This document shows, one piece after another, positions 7,189 to 12,724 of a stretch of DNA of 12,724 nucleotides (the stretch's first letter is position 1; every line of letters starts with the position of its first letter). The stretch covers positions 16,201 to 28,924 of the forward strand of contig PAVW01000003.1 in NCBI GenBank assembly GCA_002713205.1. The letters run 5' to 3'. Made by a program: the position numbers and the translations under genes. The notes under the pieces are model-generated. The model made no database searches. It was not told where the DNA came from and saw nothing but the letters and a program-made list of their open reading frames with translations. Origin of the DNA: Nitrososphaerota archaeon. Its GTDB lineage: Archaea; Thermoproteota; Nitrososphaeria; Nitrososphaerales; UBA57.

Positions 7189-8757
7189 ATGAAATGGAAG
7201 ACATTAGAACATAATGGTGTTGTATTCCCTCCTGAATACAAGCCTAAAGGCTTTAAGATAAAGATCAAAGAAAAAACTATAGAGCTCAATATACAGCAAG
7301 AAGAGATGGCTGTTGCATGGGCTAAGAAGAAGGATACTCCATACGTACAGGATCAAGTTTTTGTGGAAAATTTCGTTAAAGATTTTCTTAGATTGTTTTC
7401 TCCAGAGTTCAGAGATGCTACTATAAATGATATTAGCTTTAGCGAGATCTATGAGTGGATGAATAAAGAAAGTGAAGTTGTTATAGACAAGGAAACCAAG
7501 AAGAAACTAACAGTCGAAAGGAAGAGAATAAGAGAGGAACTAAAGGGTAAATATGGTATAGCCAATGTTGATGGTCAGACCTTCGACATATCCAACTGGA
7601 TGGTAGAACCTCCAGGTATATTCATGGGTAGAGGTAAACATCCATTACGAGGTAAATGGAAACCCAGAATTAACCGTGAAGATGTAACTCTAAACCTTGG
7701 AGAAGATGTAAAAGTGTCTCCAGGAGACTGGGGTCAGATCGTACACGATCATGATTCCATGTGGCTTGCAAGATGGATTGATAAATTAGTTGGTAAAGAG
7801 AAATATGTATGGCTTTCAGATGCTGCCACTTTAAGACAAGAACGAGATAAGGATAAGTATGATAAAGCAAGTAAGCTTAGTCAACAGATAGAGAAAGTTA
7901 TCAATAAGACCTACAAAGCAATGAAATCGAATAACATCAAAGAATGTAAGATAGCTACCGTATGCTATCTAATATACAAACTCGCAATGAGGGTAGGTGA
8001 TGAAAAAGATCCAGATGAGACAGACACGGTTGGTGCTACAACATTAAGGGTGGAGCATATGAAATTAACCGATAGAATTATAGAATTTGATTTTCTGGGA
8101 AAAGATAGTGTTAGATGGCAGAAAAGCATAGAGTTTGACGGTAGGAATAATGTAATTTATGAAAATATGAGGAAATTTATTAAGGGAAAGAAAGATGATG
8201 AATTGATATTTTCGGGTATAACTTCAAGACATGTAAACAATTTCTTTAATAATATAGTTCTAGGGTTAAGTGCAAAAGTTTTTAGAACTCATCTTGCTAC
8301 AGAAATTGTTAGGCATTATCTGTCAAGTGTTGATAGTAAGATTACAAAAAGTTCTGAATTTGTAAAGATATATCATGTAAGAGTGGCTAACCTTGAAGCT
8401 GCAATAACATGTAACCATAAAAAGGCTCCAACAAAGAATTTTGAACAGATATTAGATAAGAAGCGTGAGAAGATTAAGAATATGGAAGAGGCTAAACCAA
8501 ATACCAATAAACAGAAGGAAAAACTCAAGGAGCGAAAGGAGAAGGCAGAACTTCAGTTGAAATTGGCTGAAAGTACTAAGGATTACAACCTTGGAACATC
8601 TCTTCGTAATTACATAGATCCTAGAGTGGTCAAGGCATGGGCAGATCATGTAGATTTAGAGTGGAAGAAGATCTATACGAGTGCGTTACAAAGGAAGTTC
8701 TTGTGGGTAGAGAAGGAAACGCCAAGATGGCAAAAGATAGTAATTAAATCACATTAG
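7189..8757 (+). CDS. top1: DNA topoisomerase IB (eukaryote-type topoisomerase I)
   Basis: Motifs match human TOP1 as I recall it. KWKTLEHNGVVFPPEY matches KWKFLEHKGPVFAPPY. TVGATTLRVEH matches TVGCCSLRVEH (Arg). FLGKDSVRW matches FLGKDSIRY (Lys, codon 8101-8103). AKVFRTH matches AKVFRTY (Arg). ITCNHKKAP matches ILCNHQRAP (His). A Lys/Glu-rich coiled-coil linker follows, then LGTSLRNYIDPR matches LGTSKLNYLDPR, with the catalytic Tyr codon at 8611-8613. The ORF-track start at 7177 is TTG, so I prefer the ATG at 7189 (MKWKTLEH). Confidence 0.95.
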   Translation: MKWKTLEHNGVVFPPEYKPKGFKIKIKEKTIELNIQQEEMAVAWAKKKDTPYVQDQVFVENFVKDFLRLFSPEFRDATINDISFSEIYEWMNKESEVVIDKETKKKLTVERKRIREELKGKYGIANVDGQTFDISNWMVEPPGIFMGRGKHPLRGKWKPRINREDVTLNLGEDVKVSPGDWGQIVHDHDSMWLARWIDKLVGKEKYVWLSDAATLRQERDKDKYDKASKLSQQIEKVINKTYKAMKSNNIKECKIATVCYLIYKLAMRVGDEKDPDETDTVGATTLRVEHMKLTDRIIEFDFLGKDSVRWQKSIEFDGRNNVIYENMRKFIKGKKDDELIFSGITSRHVNNFFNNIVLGLSAKVFRTHLATEIVRHYLSSVDSKITKSSEFVKIYHVRVANLEAAITCNHKKAPTKNFEQILDKKREKIKNMEEAKPNTNKQKEKLKERKEKAELQLKLAESTKDYNLGTSLRNYIDPRVVKAWADHVDLEWKKIYTSALQRKFLWVEKETPRWQKIVIKSH

Positions 8758-9022
8758 TTACACCATGTATATAATTTATGAATTTAAGCTGATATTACCA
8801 GTAATTTCTACTTGCACTTTATGGTATATTTTTATATTGAAAAGCAAATACAACTAAAATAACACTAGTTATATTTTATACCTATTATAGAATATTTAAT
8901 TGATTACAGCCTTCAGAATCCTATGTACTTTACATATAACTACTATTATTCTTACCGTGAAACTTAATTCTACTTGAATGACGACTAGAACATGTCAATA
9001 AAGTCATATTGTACAATATTCT

Positions 9023-10360
9023 ATGTTAATTCGTAACTTGTTGGGCTATAAGATAAAAAATAAAGAATGCATATATTGTTTTTTCGTATTCATTACAATC
9101 ATATCGTATTTCAATCTAGCTTACGCGCAGGACTATACATCAGAATCACTACTTATGACAGTCTTTACCAATGGAAAAACCCTAGTTGAATACAGATTAA
9201 GTACTAATGCTACAGTTCCTATATCAACAGTGCCGTTGTTTGGTAATGTATTTGAGCAATTGATAACTATTAATGAAGATAACCTACCTATTGATAATAG
9301 AATGCAAAATGGTTCATTGGTTATGGATACATTTGGTGTTTCTACTATATTCGTAATATATACAACTCCAGATCTTGTAAACGGAAAAGACAAGATCTGG
9401 ACCTTTACTGTAGACTCACCTATAGATACTTCTATAAGATTACCCGAAGAAAGCATCATAATCGGCTTAAACCAGATGCCGAATTCGATCAAGTTATACA
9501 AAAACCAATACGTGTTGATTATGCCAGAAGGTCATAACGAGATTAGTTATATTATAAGTACTCTATACACAAAAGAGCAAACCATAGTAGCTTTAAGCGA
9601 GGCAGAGAAAATTATAGAAGACCACAAGAATAAGGGTGTAGTTGTTAGTAGTGCTGAAAGTAAATTGAATGAAGCAAAGAATGCTTTTGATAATGCTAAG
9701 TATACATATGCAGAAATTCTTGCCAATGATGTAAAGACTATTACCAATAATACTAGTTATATCGCAATACTTGCAAGCAATGCATTAAGTGAAGCCAAGA
9801 CAACTATAAATGAGAACAACAAACAGGGTTTTGATATTTTCAATGCGAACCAGCTTTTTGGTCAAGCAGACCAAGAATACATAAACGGAAATTACGATGA
9901 AGCATTAAACTTAGCAAAACAAGCAAAGACTATTGCGTTAGATACAAGAAATGATTCAGTGATTTCTTTTGATCTATTATATTTAATTACTGGTATTATT
10001 ACGATGTCTGCTGTAGCTGGTACTGTTGTGTATATACACTTCAGAAAGAAAACTGTGATAGGAAAAACTTCGTCTAGAATAATCAATGGGCTTGTAGTTA
10101 AGAAAAGGAGAATCATAAATCTAACTAAGATATTAACTGAAAAACCTTATCTGCGAGAAGATGATAAAGATGTTCTAAACTTCATTGTAGAAAACGGTGG
10201 AGAGGTGTTTGAAAATGAAATCAGAGACAGATTTGATCTCCCAAAGACTACTGTATGGAGATTGGTTAAGCGTCTGAAACGTGAAGATCTCGTTGATATA
10301 GAGAAAGTTGATAGACAGAATCTAATAAGAATTAGGGAACAATTTACCAAAACTGACTAA
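9023..10360 (+). CDS. Membrane-tethered winged-helix transcriptional regulator with a large extracytoplasmic domain
   Basis: 445-aa ORF with a signal peptide/anchor (CIYCFFVFITIISYFNLAYA|QD). A beta-rich ectodomain of about 150 aa is followed by two helical repeats of about 50 aa (9596-9940). One TM helix follows (FDLLYLITGIITMSAVAGTVVYIHF, from 9968). The cytoplasmic C-terminus (from about 10145) is DVLNFIVENGGEVFENEIRDRFDLPKTTVWRLVKRLKREDLVDIEKVDRQNLIRI, a MarR/TrmB/ArsR-type HTH plus wing. The architecture resembles what I recall as COG2512, membrane-associated regulators. Confidence 0.8.
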   Translation: MLIRNLLGYKIKNKECIYCFFVFITIISYFNLAYAQDYTSESLLMTVFTNGKTLVEYRLSTNATVPISTVPLFGNVFEQLITINEDNLPIDNRMQNGSLVMDTFGVSTIFVIYTTPDLVNGKDKIWTFTVDSPIDTSIRLPEESIIIGLNQMPNSIKLYKNQYVLIMPEGHNEISYIISTLYTKEQTIVALSEAEKIIEDHKNKGVVVSSAESKLNEAKNAFDNAKYTYAEILANDVKTITNNTSYIAILASNALSEAKTTINENNKQGFDIFNANQLFGQADQEYINGNYDEALNLAKQAKTIALDTRNDSVISFDLLYLITGIITMSAVAGTVVYIHFRKKTVIGKTSSRIINGLVVKKRRIINLTKILTEKPYLREDDKDVLNFIVENGGEVFENEIRDRFDLPKTTVWRLVKRLKREDLVDIEKVDRQNLIRIREQFTKTD

Positions 10361-10425
10361 AATGCTATAAAGTAAAGATAAATTAATGCTGGTAAAATAG
10401 CGATATTCGTGCCGGGTGGCAGGGG

Positions 10426-10521
10426 GCCGGGGTAGCTCAGCCTGGTTAGAGCGCCAGTCCTCCATACAAAGGGGCTAAACTCATAATCTGGAGGTCGCGG
10501 GATCGAATCCCGTCCCCGGCA
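10426..10521 (+). tRNA. tRNA with anticodon CAT (elongator Met, or Ile2 if C34 is agmatidinylated), containing a 21-nt intron
   Basis: Cloverleaf folded by hand. The acceptor GCCGGGG (10426-10432) pairs 7/7 with CCCCGGC (10514-10520), and the discriminator is A10521. The D arm is GCTC-AGCCTGGTTA-GAGC, the variable loop is AGGTC, and the T arm is GCGGG-ATCGAAT-CCCGT. The anticodon arm CCAGA-CTCATAA-TCTGG (CAT at 10482-10484) forms only after removal of 10458-10478. CCA is not encoded. G1-C72 argues against an archaeal initiator. Confidence 0.85.
10458..10478 (+). other. tRNA intron at a non-canonical position (within the 5' strand of the anticodon stem, between positions 30 and 31)
   Basis: tcctccatacaaaggggctaa interrupts CCAG|ACTCATAATCTGG. 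The canonical 37/38 reading fails: it would put C at position 33 and a T-T mismatch at 31-39. I could not convincingly draw the bulge-helix-bulge motif by eye. Confidence 0.65.
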
Positions 10522-10573
10522 TACAATTCAATGATCTATTTCCTACAATTCAGAATAATCTAAACACGATTGA

Positions 10574-10583
10574 AATATAAATA
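10574..10583 (+). promoter_or_regulatory. Putative TATA box for 10604-11125
   Basis: aatataaata is centred about 26 nt upstream of the GTG start at 10604. Confidence 0.3.
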
Positions 10584-10603
10584 ACGTTCATACTGTTGTT
10601 TCC

Positions 10604-11125
10604 GTGAAGTTTTTTACCAGTATAGGAATATCTATATTTTTATCTCTACTGATTCTTAACCCAACTACAAGCTCTAACGCCCATCAATTGTTTAATTCTG
10701 AAGAAAGAAGAATTGGTGGTTATATTATGCAGATCGGTACAGAGCCAGAAATACCAGCAGTTGGAAAACAGATCAAAATACTATTCAGAGCAAGTGACCG
10801 TGATTATAATGATTTAATTGATGTAAAAATTGGTATGCGAATATACAAAGATGATGTGTTATTAGAAGAATTACAACCGAGAATTTTAAGTGATGGACAT
10901 TTCGATAAGGAATATACATTTACTGATGCTGGTATTCATATAGTTGAAGTAGATCTGTATACATGGAAAGGTAACGTGATAACAGAAAAGTTTAACATAA
11001 GTACTCTAAATCCGTTTGGATATATATTCTATTCAATGGTAATTATCGGGGTATTATTTCCGGCATCTTTATTTGTATTTCTGTTATTCCATAAAAAAAT
11101 TAAAGGAAAAAATTTCACAGTGTAA
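10604..11125 (+). CDS. Secreted single-module protein with a predicted N-terminal His and an NPFG + TM + basic C-terminus
   Basis: 173-aa ORF with a GTG start and a signal peptide (ISIFLSLLILNPTTSSNA|HQLF). An Ig-like module follows (IMQIGTEPEIPAVGKQIKILFRASD...GIHIVEVDL). The C-terminus is NPFGYIFYSMVIIGVLFPASLFVFLLF + HKKIKGK. The N-terminal segment resembles that of 6270-6956 (G-x-I-x3-G-x3-EP-x3-VG-x4-I). Confidence 0.7.
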   Translation: MKFFTSIGISIFLSLLILNPTTSSNAHQLFNSEERRIGGYIMQIGTEPEIPAVGKQIKILFRASDRDYNDLIDVKIGMRIYKDDVLLEELQPRILSDGHFDKEYTFTDAGIHIVEVDLYTWKGNVITEKFNISTLNPFGYIFYSMVIIGVLFPASLFVFLLFHKKIKGKNFTV

Positions 11126-11267
11126 CATTATTAATAACGTAAAAACAAAAAATATATTGTTTATTAATTACTATACCATACCAGAAGTGTATGAGTCTAA
11201 ATAATACCTGTATGGATAAAAGTAAAAAAAATATTCCGATTAAATTGATGTGTTGTATAAAGAGATA

Positions 11268-12233
11268 TTAAGTTAACATTGAATCAACTTTTTCGATAAA
11301 CTCATTAAACTTCTGTTTTGGAATCAAGGCACCACAAGCCCTCTGATGTCCTCCACCAGAACCACCCATTTCCACTGAAAGTTTGTTCACGATTCTTCCT
11401 AAATGATGATTAGAAGAATCTGAACCACGTAATGATAAAACATAATTGTCATTCTTCTCCTTGTATGCAACCGCAGCCTGAACGTTTTGTTCTAATGCTA
11501 GTAGCATATTTGCAACTATACTTGTAGATAGACTGTGCGTTTGTACATAAACCAAATTATTCATCATTTTTGATTCTCTTTCGATAACAGCAAGATTGAT
11601 ATGCACTTTTTGCGCATAATTCTTTGCAGAATCTAGGATACCAGTTATTTCATGTGGTATTGTTGTAATAAGTTCATTAACTAAAGAAAGTAGAAAATCG
11701 GTATTGTGTTGGTTGTCGTAAATAGCATATGAGAATGATGTAGCTTCGAAAAATACAAACTGTTTATCATACATCTTGTATAGTTTATTTGCTATAGGTT
11801 TATTCTTCATATCATCAGCTATTGCAGCACATGCAGCCAACAATGCAAATCTCTTTGTCAATTTATCACTAAATCTATTATAGATCTGCACCGAAGTACA
11901 TTCATCTATTGTATGTATAAGAATAATTTGATCATTATTTAATGTGTTTTTTATTTCATCAGCCAAATCATGATGATCTATGTAAGTAATATCAATGCCC
12001 TTCTTTCGTAAATCATGTAAAATTTCAATGAATTTTTTTTCATTTGCCTTGCTAAGACCTAGATCGCAAATGAAAAGACGATCAATATCCTGCATTTTTG
12101 AAACGTGTTCCAATATGGGTATGAAATCAGTATAATCTGTTAAGAATTGATAGGCATTAAAAATAGATTTTATCATTGTAGCAGAGACTATACCATCAAC
12201 ATCTTCCTTATGTGAAATACATACAGTCACCAT
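11268..12233 (-). CDS. DHH/DHHA1 family phosphoesterase (NrnA/RecJ-like size and motifs)
   Basis: 321-aa ORF. It has motif I SHKEDVDG (DxD), motif II FICDLG, motif III YIDHHD (DHH) and the DHHA1 motif GGSGGGHQRACGA (GGGH). Substrate (nanoRNA, pAp, cyclic nucleotides, ssDNA) cannot be told from sequence alone. Confidence 0.9.
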   Translation of the reverse strand: MVTVCISHKEDVDGIVSATMIKSIFNAYQFLTDYTDFIPILEHVSKMQDIDRLFICDLGLSKANEKKFIEILHDLRKKGIDITYIDHHDLADEIKNTLNNDQIILIHTIDECTSVQIYNRFSDKLTKRFALLAACAAIADDMKNKPIANKLYKMYDKQFVFFEATSFSYAIYDNQHNTDFLLSLVNELITTIPHEITGILDSAKNYAQKVHINLAVIERESKMMNNLVYVQTHSLSTSIVANMLLALEQNVQAAVAYKEKNDNYVLSLRGSDSSNHHLGRIVNKLSVEMGGSGGGHQRACGALIPKQKFNEFIEKVDSMLT

Positions 12234-12253
12234 AAATTTTACAGTTATCTATA

Positions 12254-12265
12254 ACATATATAATG
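12254..12265 (-). promoter_or_regulatory. Putative TATA box for the DHH gene
   Basis: The minus strand reads cattatatatgt, centred about 27 nt upstream of the ATG at 12233-12231. Confidence 0.35.
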
Positions 12266-12453
12266 TATATCATGAAAATATAATAGCGTTAAATTGAATT
12301 ATATTATATTAATAGATAGTTAAGTTGATTCATTTCTAATATGTTATTATTGTCAATTCCATATTTTTTAGATTTCAAAATACTAAATCTTCATATATAA
12401 GAGATAAAAATATTTCAACTCCGCACATATATAACAAAGAAACCAAGTGAAAA

Positions 12454-12645
12454 ATGTTCAATATAGTATATGTTATAGGTTTTATATCAACATTGACGAT
12501 GATCGATATTAGTTTAATTGGTGAGACTTTCATTGCCTATATAGGAATTGTTTTATTCAATAATAGGAAATGTATTGGTACTAGCGAGAATGACATGATA
12601 ATGATAATTTTCTGTCCTCATCTTGTGACATATACTATTGGGTAA
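12454..12645 (+). CDS. Doubtful small hydrophobic ORF (63 aa)
   Basis: An open frame with two hydrophobic stretches (IVYVIGFISTLTMIDISLIG, FIAYIGIVLF). It lies in a very AT-rich 430-bp spacer, where Phe/Ile/Asn/Tyr-rich ORFs arise by chance. No recognisable motif. Confidence 0.2.
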   Translation: MFNIVYVIGFISTLTMIDISLIGETFIAYIGIVLFNNRKCIGTSENDMIMIIFCPHLVTYTIG

Positions 12646-12664
12646 GTAATTTCATACAGTCGAT

Positions 12665-12724
12665 AAAAGTAAAAGTAAAAGTAAAAGTAAAAGTAAAAGT
12701 AAAAGTAAAAGTAAAAGTAAAAGT
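12665..12724. repeat. Perfect hexanucleotide microsatellite (AAAAGT)x10, truncated by the window edge
   Basis: Ten uninterrupted identical units run from 12665 to the last base of the window. Confidence 0.95.

Noticed and set aside
8758-9022. A 265-bp ORF-free spacer downstream of topoisomerase IB, and the 220-bp spacer at 12234-12453, scanned for C/D-box sRNAs or other ncRNAs
   Set aside because: There is no RUGAUGA/CUGA box pair with appropriate spacing on either strand. The only near-match is atgacga at about 8978, with no downstream CTGA. There is no conspicuous stable helix. The composition is simply AT-rich.
283-10350. Eleven short ORFs from the track (283-468, 336-554, 2212-2412, 2469-2678, 5183-5380, 7670-7870, 8452-8649, 9133-9501, 9547-9747, 9892-10116, 10147-10350)
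   Set aside because: Ten lie entirely, and 2212-2412 mostly, inside and antisense to (or out of frame with) much longer ORFs that have clear domain content. Their translations are low-complexity Leu/Ile/Ser/Phe-rich strings typical of shadow ORFs in AT-rich DNA. None has a recognisable motif.
10454-10491. A canonical 37/38 intron reading of the tRNA (anticodon stem CCAGT, loop CCTCCAT)
   Set aside because: This reading would give C at invariant position U33, a T-T mismatch at 31-39 and no sensible anticodon. The 30/31 intron reading gives a perfect CCAGA/TCTGG stem and a CTCATAA loop.
10522-12724. A possible integrated element using the tRNA gene as attachment site
   Set aside because: I found no downstream direct repeat of the tRNA 3' end; the best match is only ccggca at about 11062. 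No integrase, transposase or phage-like gene is present. The downstream genes look like ordinary chromosomal genes.
1-12724. CRISPR arrays, rRNA genes, transposases/IS elements and toxin-antitoxin or defence-system genes
   Set aside because: No spaced direct repeats, no rRNA-like conserved GC-rich blocks, no terminal inverted repeats and no proteins with nuclease, transposase or ATPase defence motifs were seen anywhere in the window.

Overview
AT-rich archaeal chromosomal segment. It best fits an ammonia-oxidising thaumarchaeon (Nitrososphaerota, Nitrosopumilales-like), because it encodes a complete eukaryote-type DNA topoisomerase IB, a known hallmark of that lineage. Housekeeping content: topoisomerase IB (7189-8757), an intron-containing tRNA with anticodon CAT (10426-10521) and a DHH/DHHA1 phosphoesterase (11268-12233). 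The rest of the window is dominated by secreted or membrane-anchored proteins. These are a seven-bladed beta-propeller protein, a stand-alone CuA-type cupredoxin, a divergently transcribed protein with a Met/His-rich tail, and three adjacent proteins ending in the same VPEFP + TM + basic signal. That signal looks like a PEFG-CTERM archaeosortase sorting signal. Two of the three are large paralogues arranged tail-to-tail with 20 bp of overlapping 3' ends. There are also two small proteins that would expose an N-terminal His after signal-peptide cleavage, and a membrane-tethered winged-helix regulator with a large ectodomain. My main hypothesis is that 1645-7028 (plus 10604-11125) is an uncharacterised cell-surface module, possibly for copper handling, built from a repeated Ig-like domain and anchored by an archaeosortase. 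The window ends in a perfect (AAAAGT)n microsatellite that runs off the edge. Everything was read by eye from the sequence and ORF track. No searches were run, so all family assignments are motif-based and need HMM or structure confirmation.
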